Shown here piece after piece: positions 9,148 to 18,724 of a stretch of DNA of 64,000 bases. This DNA comes from an uncultured delta proteobacterium (GTDB lineage: Bacteria; Myxococcota_A; UBA9160; UBA4427): NCBI GenBank assembly GCA_963822965.1, contig CAWGJT010000012.1, positions 128,001 through 192,000 of the forward strand, given 5' to 3'. Every line of letters starts with the position of its first letter. The stretch's first letter is position 1. The translations under genes were made by a program, and so were the position numbers. A model generated the notes under the pieces. It was given only the letters and a program-made list of their open reading frames with translations, was not told the DNA's origin and made no database searches.

Positions 9148-9213
9148 GGCGGGTTCGGATGTCGGATCGGAACGAAGGTTGCGCACCCGGGGCGAGTTCG
9201 CACCGGGTCGGGC

Positions 9214-10410
9214 TCACGAGAGGAAGAGCCGCCGCAGATGCGCGTTCAGGAAGCGGCCCTCGGGATCGAGCCCCTCCCGAAACGCCTGGAACCGGTCCCA
9301 CTCCGGGTAGAGGTCCCGCAGGCGACGAGCCTCGAGGCGGTGGATCTTCCCCCAGTGCGGGCGTCCCCCGCAGCTCCAGAAGATCGGCTCCAGGTCCTCG
9401 AAGAACTCCCGGTAGGGCAGGCTCCCGTCCTGGTGGATGGAAAGCGTGACGGTCTCGCGTCCGAAGGCGTTGCTCAGCCAGGCGTCGTCGGAGGCGAGGG
9501 TCCGGTACTCGACGGGCCACTGGACGTCGCGGTGGCGCTCCTGCATGCGGGCCCGCACCTCGCCGAAGCACGCGGGTCCGTGCTCCGCGGGAACCGCGTA
9601 CTCCATCTCGAAGAACTTCACCGTCCGCTCGGACGGAATGATGCGGGGACTCCAACCGATCCGCTCGTAACGCCGGTCCGGCAGGTCCGAGGGCTCTTCG
9701 TCGGTGGGATTCAAGGTCTTCACCTCGGCCACGTCGCGGCCGGGCATCCAGAAGAACTCGAAGTGACGGTTTCCCCGGACCTCCCGGTCGAGGCCGTCGA
9801 GGCACTCCTCCACGGACATGCGACGGACGCGTTCGTGCAGGCGGTAGGCCGGCCGGAGGCGCAGGCCGATCTCCGTGAAGATGCCGAGCGAGCCGAGCGA
9901 GACGCGCAGGGCCCGCAACGCCTCGGGATCGACCGCCTCGTCGAACTCGCGCACGCCGCCTTCGGCGTCCACCAGACGGACGCTCTCGACGCACGAAGAG
10001 AGGTTGCCGAGGGTGGGGCCGGTCCCGTGGGTGCCCGTGCCGACCGCACCGGCGAGCGCTTGCTTGTCGATGTCGCCCAGGTTCTCCATGGCCAGCCCCA
10101 GCGCGAGCAACGGCTCGCCCAGGTCGCAGAGCTTGGTGCCGGCCCGCACCCGGGCGCGGCACCGGTCGGCCTCGTGGGAGGCGATTCCGGCCAGGGCGTC
10201 GAGGGACGCGAGGATGCCGTCGGTGGCCACCAACGGCGTCCCGGAGTGCCCGCTTCCCACCACGCGAACGGAGAGACCCTCCGCGGCCGCGGCGGACACC
10301 AGGCGGCAGACCTGCCCTTCGTCTTCGGGACGCTCGATGCGGACCGGCGCGCATTGCACCGAGCCCGACCAGTTGCTCCACACGGAGGGCGGCGAGGTCG
10401 CGCTGGTCAT
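9214..10410 (-). CDS. FAD-linked oxidase, D-arabinono-1,4-lactone oxidase/GULO family
   Basis: WSNWSG, RVVGSGHS (FAD-His), ENLGDIDKQALAGAVGTGTHGTG, SLGSLGI, EMEYAVP, PVEYR and GGRPHWGK. Confidence 0.9.
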   Translation of the reverse strand: MTSATSPPSVWSNWSGSVQCAPVRIERPEDEGQVCRLVSAAAAEGLSVRVVGSGHSGTPLVATDGILASLDALAGIASHEADRCRARVRAGTKLCDLGEPLLALGLAMENLGDIDKQALAGAVGTGTHGTGPTLGNLSSCVESVRLVDAEGGVREFDEAVDPEALRALRVSLGSLGIFTEIGLRLRPAYRLHERVRRMSVEECLDGLDREVRGNRHFEFFWMPGRDVAEVKTLNPTDEEPSDLPDRRYERIGWSPRIIPSERTVKFFEMEYAVPAEHGPACFGEVRARMQERHRDVQWPVEYRTLASDDAWLSNAFGRETVTLSIHQDGSLPYREFFEDLEPIFWSCGGRPHWGKIHRLEARRLRDLYPEWDRFQAFREGLDPEGRFLNAHLRRLFLS

Positions 10411-10557
10411 CGTTCGTTCTCCGCCGCGAGCGTCCGGAATGCGACGCCCGCCGATCGTCCCCGCAGCCGCAGGCGGCAGGCAGGCTATTTCACAAGTCGC
10501 CGAAGAACAACGCGAAGCTCGACATCGGTCCCGGCACGGCCGCCGTCCGGACCCGAA

Positions 10558-10573
10558 TGGCACGACCACTGCA
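10558..10573 (+). promoter_or_regulatory. Sigma54 (-24/-12) promoter
   Basis: TGGCACGACCACTGCA is GG-N10-GC and close to the TGGCACG-N4-TTGCW consensus. It lies 30 bp upstream of ATG 10603. Confidence 0.65.
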
Positions 10574-10602
10574 CTGCGGGCGCCCCAGGAGGGGCCCAGC
10601 CC

Positions 10603-10860
10603 ATGTCGACGGAAGCGAACGATTCCCGGCCGCAGGCCAGCGCACAGGACAGCCTCGAGCGCGTGCTCCGGTCGCTGGCGCCGGGCGGATGCGAGATCTC
10701 GCTCGTCGATCTCGTCCTGCTGGCCTGTGAGGCCAGCGAGGACGCCGGAGAGGTCGACGACCTCGTCGAGGGCGTCATCCGGAGCGGCGCTGCACACGTC
10801 CTGCCGGCGGCCTGCGACCCGATGCTCCAGCGAGTCGAGGCCGCCGCCGCCGCGGCGTGA
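10603..10860 (+). CDS. Small hypothetical protein (85 aa)
   Basis: AGGAGG RBS, acidic protein MSTEANDSRPQ...EISLVDLVLLACEASEDAGEVDDLVEGVIRSG, and an upstream sigma54 motif. Confidence 0.65.
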   Translation: MSTEANDSRPQASAQDSLERVLRSLAPGGCEISLVDLVLLACEASEDAGEVDDLVEGVIRSGAAHVLPAACDPMLQRVEAAAAAA

Positions 10861-11061
10861 TCCGGCGCGCGTAGCCCTAAACCCCCAGCCACCGGCAGCC
10901 GATCGGATCTTCAAACGGACGTTCAGTCGCGTCCGTTCGAGGTCCCCCCAAGTGTCCGTCGTCCGCCCCCAGCGAGCCCACGCCGCCGAAGAGCCCTGCA
11001 CTGGAAGCGGGGCCGCGCGCGATCTGCGCTCCTGCCCGCGCCGCATCGCCCGAGATCTCCC

Positions 11062-12330
11062 GTGTTGACCAGCAAGAAGACACTCCTCCCCCTGGTGGTG
11101 CTGGCCCTCGGCGGCGTCGCGACCCTGGGCCTCGTCGCCGCCAGGCCGGACCTCGACACCCAGAAGCCCCAGCACCGGAGCCCCCTGGTCCGCGTGGTGC
11201 GCGCCGACCCGCACCCCGTCGAGCTGATCGTCCATACCCAGGGCACGGTCGTTCCACGCACCGAGTCGGATCTCGTCGCCGAGGTCTCCGGGCGTGTCCT
11301 GTCCATCTCTCCGAGCCTGGCCTCCGGCGGCTTCCTCGAGCCCGACGAGGTTCTCGTCACCATCGACCCCAGCGACTACGAGATCGCCCTCGAGCGGGCG
11401 CGCGCCGCCCTCGCCCGGGCGAAGAGCCAGCGCGAGCTGGCCCGACGGGCGCTCGAACGGCAGCAGCGGCTGGCCAAGCGCGACGTCGGGAGCTCGGCGG
11501 ACCTCGACACCGCCCGCAACGGCGAGCAGGTGGCCGAGGCGAACCAGCGCGACGCCGAGGCCGGGCTGGCCCAGGCGAAGTGCGACCTCGAGAGAACCCG
11601 CGTCCGGGTTCCGTACGCGGGACGCGTGCGGGAGAAGAAGGTGGACGTGGGGCAGTACGTGAACCGCGGCACGCCGGTGGCCCGGGTATACGCGGTCGAC
11701 TACGCGGAGGTGCGGCTACCCATCCCGGATCGCGACGCCGCCTTCGTGGACCTGCCCATCGACTATCGCGGCGACGCGGGCGAGGAGGCGGGCCCGGAGG
11801 TCCGGCTCCGCGCCACCTTCGCCGGTCGCGAGTACACCTGGATCGGCCACATCGTTCGGACCGAGGGAGAGCTCGACCCGAAGACGCGCATGATCCAGGC
11901 CGTGGCCCGGGTGGAGGATCCCTACGGACACGGCGACGACCCCTCCCGGCCGCCCCTCGCCGTGGGCCTCTTCGTGGACGCGGAGATCCAGGGCGTGGCC
12001 CACGACGCCATCGTGGAGCTGCCCCGGGACGCCCTGCGCGGTCGCGACCAGGTGGCCATCGTCGGTGCCGACGACGAGCTCGAGCTCCGGCGGGTCCCCG
12101 TGCTGCGGCGGGACCGGGATCGCGTGCTCGTCGCGTCGGGAATCGCGCGTGGCGAACGCATCGTCTCCGGACCCCTGGCCGTCGCGGTGGACGGCATGCA
12201 GGTTCGCGTGTTCGAGGAGCGGGAAGGCGTGTCCGTGGCGTCGCGCGAGAGTGGCGGCGCCACGGACCCCCTCGCCTCCGAGCGCCCTCCCCTGGTCGTC
12301 GCGGCGGGTCCGGAAGGCAGCGCCCCGTGA
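11062..12330 (+). CDS. RND efflux periplasmic adaptor (membrane fusion protein)
   Basis: N-terminal TM, QGTVVPRTESDLVAEVSGRV, coiled coil, DLERTRVRVPYAGRV..KKVDVGQYV, and GLFVDAEI. Confidence 0.92.
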   Translation: MLTSKKTLLPLVVLALGGVATLGLVAARPDLDTQKPQHRSPLVRVVRADPHPVELIVHTQGTVVPRTESDLVAEVSGRVLSISPSLASGGFLEPDEVLVTIDPSDYEIALERARAALARAKSQRELARRALERQQRLAKRDVGSSADLDTARNGEQVAEANQRDAEAGLAQAKCDLERTRVRVPYAGRVREKKVDVGQYVNRGTPVARVYAVDYAEVRLPIPDRDAAFVDLPIDYRGDAGEEAGPEVRLRATFAGREYTWIGHIVRTEGELDPKTRMIQAVARVEDPYGHGDDPSRPPLAVGLFVDAEIQGVAHDAIVELPRDALRGRDQVAIVGADDELELRRVPVLRRDRDRVLVASGIARGERIVSGPLAVAVDGMQVRVFEEREGVSVASRESGGATDPLASERPPLVVAAGPEGSAP

Positions 12331-15300
12331 ACCGCGCCATCGCGTGGTTCGCCTCGAACCACGTCGCCGCCAACCTGCTGATGGCGCTGGTGATGGCCGG
12401 AGGCCTGCTGACGCTTCCGAGCATCAAGCAGGAGGTGTTCCCGGAGATCTCGCTTCCCGTCATCACGGTGAGCGTCGAGTATCCGGGCGCGTCTCCCGCC
12501 GAGGTGGAGGACGCCGTCTGTCTCCGCATCGAAGAGGTGCTCGAGGGACTCCAGGGCGTCAAGCGCATCCACGCCACGGCCAACGAGGGAATGGCCGCCG
12601 TCAGCGTCGAGCTGATGACCGGCGAGGACCCGCGCGTGCGCCTGGATCAGATCCGCTCTCGGGTGGACGCCATCGACACCTTTCCCGTCGAGGTGAAGCG
12701 GCCGGTCGTCACCCAGGTGGACCTGCGATTCCAGGTGCTGAACGTGGCCGTCTCCGGGGACGTGGAGGAGACCACCCTGAAGCGCCTCGGCGAGCAGGCG
12801 CGGGACGAGATCGCGGCCCTGCCCGGCATCACCGACGTGGAGCTCGTCGCGACGCGCCCCTACGAGATCTCGATCGAGGTCTCCGAGGACAGCCTTCGCC
12901 GGCACGGGCTGACGATGGAGGAGATCGCGGCGGCGGTGCAACGGTCGTCCCTCGACCTGCCGGGGGGCTCGATCAAGACCGACGCGGGGGAGATCCTGAT
13001 CCGCACCCTGGGACAGGCCCACACGGCCGCAGACTACGAGCGGCTCGTGCTGGTCTCCCGGGCCGACGGCACCCGGCTCAGCCTGGGCGACGTCGGCCGG
13101 GTGGTGGACGGGTTCGCGGAGAGCGACGAGCTCACCCTCTTCGACGGCGAGCCCGCCGTGCTGGTGCAGGTGTACCGCGTGGGCCAGCAGAGCGCCCTGG
13201 AGATCGCCTCCACGGTGGAGAAGTACCTCGCGGAGCGCCGGGAGACCCTGCCTCGCGGCGTGCACTTCACCCTGGCGCAGAACGACGCGCGCTTCCTGCG
13301 CGGGCGTCTGGACACCCTGCTCTCCAACGGCTGGACGGGCTTCCTGCTGGTGTTCGTGGTGCTCGCCCTGTTCCTGCGGCTGCGCCTGGCCATGTGGGTG
13401 AGCCTGGGCGTTCCCCTCTCGTTCCTCGGCGCGCTCTGGCTGCTCCCGACCTACGACGTCTCGATCAACCTGATCTCGCTGATGGCGTTCATCATCGTGC
13501 TGGGCATCGTGGTCGACGACGCGATCATCGTGGGCGAGAACGCCTGCACCGAGCAGGCGCGCACCGGCGACCCCCTGCGTGGGGCGATCCTCGGCGCCCA
13601 GGGCATCGCCACGCCGGTGATCTTCGGGGTGCTCACCACCATCGCGGCGTTCGCCCCCATGCTGTGGGTGCCCGGGCCGATGGGGCGGGTCGCCCGGGTG
13701 ATCCCGGTGGTGGTGTGCCTGTGCCTCGCCTTCTCGCTCTTCGAGTCGCTGTTCATCCTGCCCTCGCACCTGGGCCACGCGAGCGGCGCCGATCCGGACG
13801 CCGTCCCCACCACCGCCGTCTCGAAGGCGTGGCGTCGCTTCCAGGACCGGATCGCGGAGGGCCTGCGGCGCTTCACCGAGGAGCGCTACCGCCCGCTTCT
13901 CGAGCTCGCCCTGGAGTGGCGCTACACGACCGCCGCGATCAGCGCGACCGTCCTGCTGGTGACCGTCGGGCTGCTGGCCGGCGGCTGGCTGCGCATGGTG
14001 TTCCAGCCCGAGATCGAGAGCGACGTCACGGTCGCCTACGTGAACATGCCCCAGGGCACGCCCACGTCGATCACGGCGGCGGCCGTGAAGCAGATCGCCG
14101 ACGCGGCCCGATCGGTGGCGGAGGAGGTGGATCGCGACCGCGACGTGGTGCGCGACGGCAGCGTCTTCGCGCACTTCTCGACGTCCGTGGGGCGCCAGCC
14201 CTATCGCATCAAGCAGGCCTCGGGTCCCTCCTCGTTCGCGTCGGCGGGGGCCCACGGCAGCCATCTCGGGGAGGTGCAGATCGAGGTGGTGGACGGCGAG
14301 AAGCGAAACGTGAGCGTCGCCGACCTCACCCGTCGTTGGCGCGAACGCACCGGGGAGATCGTCGGGGCGGAGGAGCTGACCTTCACCTCATCGCTGATCG
14401 CCTCCGCGGCCCCGATCCAGATCGAGCTCGTCGGCCCCGACCTGCGGACCCTCCGGCTGGCGGCGGACTACGTGTCGGAGCGCCTCGCCTCCTACCCGGG
14501 CGTGCTGGACATCCGCGACTCCTTCCGAAGCGGCAAGCGAGAGCTCGAGCTCGAGCTGCTGCCCTCGGCGGAGGCGCTGGGCCTCTCGGTCCAGGACCTC
14601 GGGCGCCAGGTGCGCCAGGCCTTCTACGGCCAGGAAGTGCAGCGGCTGCAGCGCGGTCGCGACGAGGTGAAGGTCGTCGTGCGCTACCCGCCCGACGAGC
14701 GGCGCTCGCTGGCCGACCTCGAGAACATGCGGATTCGCACCGCCGACGGATCCGCGGTGCCCTTCTCGACGGTGGCCCGCGCACGCCTCGGCGAGGGATT
14801 CGCGACCATCCGGCGCGTCGACCGGCAGCGGGTGGTGGCCGTGACCGCCGACGTGGACAACGCCGTCACCAACGCCGGCCAGGTCCTCGCCGACCTGCAA
14901 CGCAGCGACCTGCGCGAGCTGCCGAACCTGTTCCCCAACGTGAAGGCTTCCATCGAGGGCGAGCACCGCGAGCAGACCGAGTTCCTCGACAGCCTGAAGA
15001 GCGGCTGGCTCATCGCGATGCTGGTCATCTACGCCCTGCTGGCGATCCCGCTCCGCTCCTACGTCCAGCCGCTCATCATCATGACCGCGATTCCCTTCGG
15101 CCTGGTGGGGGCGGTGTGGGGTCACGTCCTGCTGGGACTCTCGTTCAGCATGTTCTCGCTGATCGGGCTGGTGGCGCTCTCGGGCGTCGTCGTGAACGAC
15201 AGCCTGGTGCTGATCGACTACGTGAACCAACGGCGGGCCGGGAGCGAGTCGCTGCGAGCCGCCCTGGTGGAAGCCGGCACGGCCCGCATCCGCGCGATCC

Positions 15301-15533
15301 TGCTGACCTCGGCCACCACCTTCGCGGGCCTGACCCCGCTGCTGCTCGAGAACAGCGTGCAGGCGAAGATGCTGATCCCGATGGCGGTGTCGCTCGCCTT
15401 CGGCGTCGTCTTCGCGACGGCGATCACCCTGCTGCTGGTGCCCGCCTACTACCTCATCCTCGAGGACCTGCACCACAAGATGAAGGGCGTCGCGGCGCTG
15501 CCCATCCCGCTCCCGGAGCCGGAGCCGCACTGA
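12327..15533 (+). CDS. RND efflux permease (AcrB/AcrD/AcrF family)
   Basis: GTGA overlap with the adaptor. NHVAANLLM, YPGASPAEVE, LGIVVDDAIIVGEN, GVVVNDSLVLID, R.RAILLTS.TT and PMAVSLAFGV; about 1068 aa. Confidence 0.95.
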   Translation: MNRAIAWFASNHVAANLLMALVMAGGLLTLPSIKQEVFPEISLPVITVSVEYPGASPAEVEDAVCLRIEEVLEGLQGVKRIHATANEGMAAVSVELMTGEDPRVRLDQIRSRVDAIDTFPVEVKRPVVTQVDLRFQVLNVAVSGDVEETTLKRLGEQARDEIAALPGITDVELVATRPYEISIEVSEDSLRRHGLTMEEIAAAVQRSSLDLPGGSIKTDAGEILIRTLGQAHTAADYERLVLVSRADGTRLSLGDVGRVVDGFAESDELTLFDGEPAVLVQVYRVGQQSALEIASTVEKYLAERRETLPRGVHFTLAQNDARFLRGRLDTLLSNGWTGFLLVFVVLALFLRLRLAMWVSLGVPLSFLGALWLLPTYDVSINLISLMAFIIVLGIVVDDAIIVGENACTEQARTGDPLRGAILGAQGIATPVIFGVLTTIAAFAPMLWVPGPMGRVARVIPVVVCLCLAFSLFESLFILPSHLGHASGADPDAVPTTAVSKAWRRFQDRIAEGLRRFTEERYRPLLELALEWRYTTAAISATVLLVTVGLLAGGWLRMVFQPEIESDVTVAYVNMPQGTPTSITAAAVKQIADAARSVAEEVDRDRDVVRDGSVFAHFSTSVGRQPYRIKQASGPSSFASAGAHGSHLGEVQIEVVDGEKRNVSVADLTRRWRERTGEIVGAEELTFTSSLIASAAPIQIELVGPDLRTLRLAADYVSERLASYPGVLDIRDSFRSGKRELELELLPSAEALGLSVQDLGRQVRQAFYGQEVQRLQRGRDEVKVVVRYPPDERRSLADLENMRIRTADGSAVPFSTVARARLGEGFATIRRVDRQRVVAVTADVDNAVTNAGQVLADLQRSDLRELPNLFPNVKASIEGEHREQTEFLDSLKSGWLIAMLVIYALLAIPLRSYVQPLIIMTAIPFGLVGAVWGHVLLGLSFSMFSLIGLVALSGVVVNDSLVLIDYVNQRRAGSESLRAALVEAGTARIRAILLTSATTFAGLTPLLLENSVQAKMLIPMAVSLAFGVVFATAITLLLVPAYYLILEDLHHKMKGVAALPIPLPEPEPH

Positions 15534-15552
15534 GCGGCCGGCGCGCGGCGCC

Positions 15553-16446
15553 TCAGCCGCCGCCCTTCGGCCGGCTGCCGTAGTCCTCGAAGGGGTCGTC
15601 GCGCTCGCGCACCGCCTGGCGAAAGCCCACCTCCTGGGCGCGCGCGACGAAGTCGAGACCTTCCTGGGTGTGCCGGGCGACACCGTCGAAGAGCGTGCCG
15701 AGGGTGCGGCTCGACGCGAAGCCCATGTTCTCGATCGTCTGGTTGGCGAGCAGCTTGAGCATCACGAGCTGGCTCGTCGGCACGCGGGCCATGCGCCGGG
15801 CCAGCGCCATGGCGTGGGCCTCGAGCTCGCCGTCCGGAACCGTTTCCAGCACGAGCCCGATCTCCGCGGCCTTGGGCGCGGGGATCTCGTCTCCCGTCAG
15901 CAGGTAACGCTTCGCCTTCTCGATCCCCATGCGGTAGACCCACATGGCGGTGGTCGGCGTTCCCCAGACGCGCGACGGCGGATAGCCGAAGCTCGCCCCC
16001 TCCCCCGCCACGATCAGGTCGCAGCACAGGACCATGTCGGTCCCGCCCCCGATGCACCAGCCCTGCACGGCCGCGATCGTCGGCTTCCGCGCGTACCAGA
16101 GCTTCATGTAGGTGTCGACGAAGGAGCCGATCATGCGCATGTCGGCGACCGAGTCCCACACGCGCCGGCGCTCCTCGCCGGGCGCGTCGAGGGACGCCGC
16201 CCCGTCCGACGGCTTCTCCTGGGCCTGGGCCGACGTGGACCAGTCCAGCCCGTAGCCGGCACAGAACGCGCGCCCCTCGGCCCGCAGCAGGATGACCCGG
16301 ACCTCGCGATCCGCATCGGCATCGTCGATGGCGCGAGCCAGCTCGTCCCGCAGCGCCGGCGTGATGGTGTTGTACTCGGCCGCTCGGCAGAGCACGATGG
16401 AACGCACGCCGGCCTCGGTCTCGACGCGCAGGGTGGTGAAGCTCAT
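15553..16446 (-). CDS. Enoyl-CoA hydratase/crotonase family protein
   Basis: RVILLRAEGRAFCAGYGL, KPTIAAVQGWCIGGG.DMVLCCD, FGYPP and AKRYLLTGD. Confidence 0.9.
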   Translation of the reverse strand: MSFTTLRVETEAGVRSIVLCRAAEYNTITPALRDELARAIDDADADREVRVILLRAEGRAFCAGYGLDWSTSAQAQEKPSDGAASLDAPGEERRRVWDSVADMRMIGSFVDTYMKLWYARKPTIAAVQGWCIGGGTDMVLCCDLIVAGEGASFGYPPSRVWGTPTTAMWVYRMGIEKAKRYLLTGDEIPAPKAAEIGLVLETVPDGELEAHAMALARRMARVPTSQLVMLKLLANQTIENMGFASSRTLGTLFDGVARHTQEGLDFVARAQEVGFRQAVRERDDPFEDYGSRPKGGG

Positions 16447-16856
16447 CGCCCCGCGCGCGTCCCGCGGCCGCGCAGCCATCGCCGCGACCAGGCGCGCAGC
16501 TTGTGCAGCGCCTGGGGGCCAGAGAGGATCACGCCGAGCCAGAAGGTCACCTCGGCGCCGAGCAGCATGCCGCCGCCCACCCCGGCGCGACCCTCGACCG
16601 AGAGCGGAAGCAGGGGAACGGCGGGCAGCGGCGCCCAGAGCAGGAAGGAGATCGCGATCAGGAAGAGACCGGTTCGCGTCCAACGCGGTGCCGCGACCGC
16701 GAGCGGCCAAGCCGGATCGGGGGCGCCCTCGCAGCCGAGCGACGACTTCGTCGCGTCCGCAGACGCCCGCCGTGCGCTGTACGGAGCCCCCGCCACGGAC
16801 CAGAACGTACCGAGCGGCGCCCGGAACCGCACCCTGCGCGGACGCGGGAGGCTCAA
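16443..16856 (-). CDS. Small membrane protein resembling the 'transporter suffix domain' family
   Basis: Two TM segments, GLFLIAISFLLWAPLPAVPLLPLS...LLGAEVTFWLGVILSG. Four-base overlaps with both neighbours. Confidence 0.55.
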   Translation of the reverse strand: MSLPRPRRVRFRAPLGTFWSVAGAPYSARRASADATKSSLGCEGAPDPAWPLAVAAPRWTRTGLFLIAISFLLWAPLPAVPLLPLSVEGRAGVGGGMLLGAEVTFWLGVILSGPQALHKLRAWSRRWLRGRGTRAGR

Positions 16857-17560
16857 TCGCCGTCCGGCGCCGCGCCGACGCCCTCTTCTTCCAGGGCGTC
16901 GATCGCCCGCTCGGCGGCGGTGCGCACCGTCGGGTCGACGTCGTCGAGCAGCGGCTCGATCTCGGAGATCGCGCTCGCGTCCCCCGCCCGCTGCAACGCG
17001 TCCAGGGCCGCCAGCACGATGTCCACGTCGGCGCTGTCGAGCAGGTCGGCGAAGGCGGCCGCGAACGGCTCACCGCCGGCGGTCGAGAGCGACCCCGGCG
17101 ACTCCTCGTCGGGACGGATCCGCAGCCTGGCGATCCGATGCTGCTGGGACACGGGGTCGAAGGCGACGTCCACCTCGAAGTCGACGCCCCGCAGCACCAC
17201 CGCGAGAACGTCGAAGAGCGGTGCGGCCCGGATGCTCGCGGTGAGCCGGCGGTCTTCGATGCCGGACTCGCCCACCTCCAGGCTGAAGCCCGCGGTGCGC
17301 GCGAGCGCCTCCAGCACCTCGGAGAGAGGGGACTCGTTCGCCCGCAGGTCGACGAGGCGCCCGTCCAGCGTCACCGCGACCCCGCCCGCCGGGGGCAGCT
17401 CGCGTTCGGTCGCAACGGCCGCCGGAGCCGGCGCGGAGTCGGCGGCGGGAGCGGAGGCCGAGTCGGCCCCGCCTCCGGCTTCCTGCCGGCAGCCGGAGGC
17501 GGCGAAGCCGAGCAGCACGACCGCCGCGAGGGACCTCCGGATCGTCGGACGCCGGATCAG
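16853..17560 (-). CDS. Hypothetical lipoprotein with secretin/TonB-N (STN)-like segment and C-terminal HEAT repeat
   Basis: Leader VVLLGFAASGC, VDLRANESPLSEVLEALARTAGF (STN-like), and LLDDVDPTVRTAAERAIDAL (HEAT). Start is uncertain (CTG 17560 or GTG 17518). Confidence 0.55.
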   Translation of the reverse strand: MIRRPTIRRSLAAVVLLGFAASGCRQEAGGGADSASAPAADSAPAPAAVATERELPPAGGVAVTLDGRLVDLRANESPLSEVLEALARTAGFSLEVGESGIEDRRLTASIRAAPLFDVLAVVLRGVDFEVDVAFDPVSQQHRIARLRIRPDEESPGSLSTAGGEPFAAAFADLLDSADVDIVLAALDALQRAGDASAISEIEPLLDDVDPTVRTAAERAIDALEEEGVGAAPDGD

Positions 17561-18705
17561 TCGAGCCCCAGGCGCCGGGCGATGATCACCTTCATGATCT
17601 CGTTCGTGCCGGCGTAGATCGATTGCACCGCGGCGTCCTGGTAGTCGCCCGAGATGGGATACTCCGTCATGAAGCCATAGCCGCCGTGGAGCTGCAGGCA
17701 CTCGGCGGCGACCTTCTTCTGCAGGTCCGTGGTCCAGTACTTGGCCATGCTGACCTCCTTCACGATCTCGTCCCCTCGAACGTGGGCCGTCAGCAGCTTG
17801 TCGACGAAGGCCTGACCGATCTCGATCTCCGTGGCCAGCTCGGCGAGCTTGAACTGGGTGTTCTGGAAGCCGGCGATCGGGCGACCGAAGGCCTTGCGCT
17901 CCTTCACGTAGGCCAGGGTGTCCTCGAGCGATCGGTGGCACGAGGCGATCGAGGCCACCGCGATCGAGAGGCGCTCCTGCTGCAGCTGCGACATCAGCAT
18001 CTTGAAGCCCTGGCCCTCGAGGCCCAACAGGTTCTTCGCCGGAACGCGACAGCCCTCGAAGAAGAGCTCGCTCGTGTCCTGTCCCTTGAGCCCGATCTTG
18101 TCCAGATTGCGGCCGCGCTGGAAGCCCGGCGTGTCGGTCTCGACGAGCAGCAGGCTGACGCCGCGGTGGGGCGGATCCGCGTCCGGGTCGGTCTTCGCGA
18201 CGACGATCACCAGGTCGGAGATCTGTCCGTTGGAGATGAAGGTCTTGGCGCCGTCCAACACGTAGTGGTCGCCCTCGCGGATGGCGCGGCTCTGTACGTT
18301 CGCGAGATCCGACCCGGTTCCCGGCTCGGTCATGGCGATGGCCAGGATGCAGTCACCGGCGATGGCCGGCACCAGATAGCGGCGCTTCTGCTCCTCCGTT
18401 CCGAACGCCTCGAGATAGGGCATGCAGATGTCCGAGTGGAGCGACAGCATCAGGGCGTGGGCCCGCACCCGGGCCAGCTCTTCCATGATCACGGCCTCGA
18501 AAAGGAAGTCGCCGCCGCCGCCGCCGTACTCCTCGGGCGCGCTGGCGCCGAGGAAGCCATGCTCGCCGCACTGCTTCCAGGTGGCGCGGTCGGTGATGCC
18601 GGCCTCGTTCCACCCCGCCACCCGGGGTGCGATCTCCGCCTCCACGAAGCGGCGGAACTCGGCCCGGAAGTGCTCGTGCTCGTCGGAGAAGAGGTCTCTG
18701 CGCAT
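17557..18705 (-). CDS. Acyl-CoA dehydrogenase (long-chain type)
   Basis: AIAMTEPGTGSDL, GAKTFISNG, KIGLKGQDTSELFF, RKAFGRPI..FQN, CLQLHGGYGFM.EY and IYAGTNEIMK. Confidence 0.95.
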   Translation of the reverse strand: MRRDLFSDEHEHFRAEFRRFVEAEIAPRVAGWNEAGITDRATWKQCGEHGFLGASAPEEYGGGGGDFLFEAVIMEELARVRAHALMLSLHSDICMPYLEAFGTEEQKRRYLVPAIAGDCILAIAMTEPGTGSDLANVQSRAIREGDHYVLDGAKTFISNGQISDLVIVVAKTDPDADPPHRGVSLLLVETDTPGFQRGRNLDKIGLKGQDTSELFFEGCRVPAKNLLGLEGQGFKMLMSQLQQERLSIAVASIASCHRSLEDTLAYVKERKAFGRPIAGFQNTQFKLAELATEIEIGQAFVDKLLTAHVRGDEIVKEVSMAKYWTTDLQKKVAAECLQLHGGYGFMTEYPISGDYQDAAVQSIYAGTNEIMKVIIARRLGLD

Positions 18706-18724
18706 GTCGATGGCTCCTTCCGCT

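Noticed and set aside
11580..12326. N-terminal extension of the RND permease ORF
   Set aside because: It overlaps the adaptor gene in another frame. The GTGA-coupled start at 12327 gives a normal-length RND protein.
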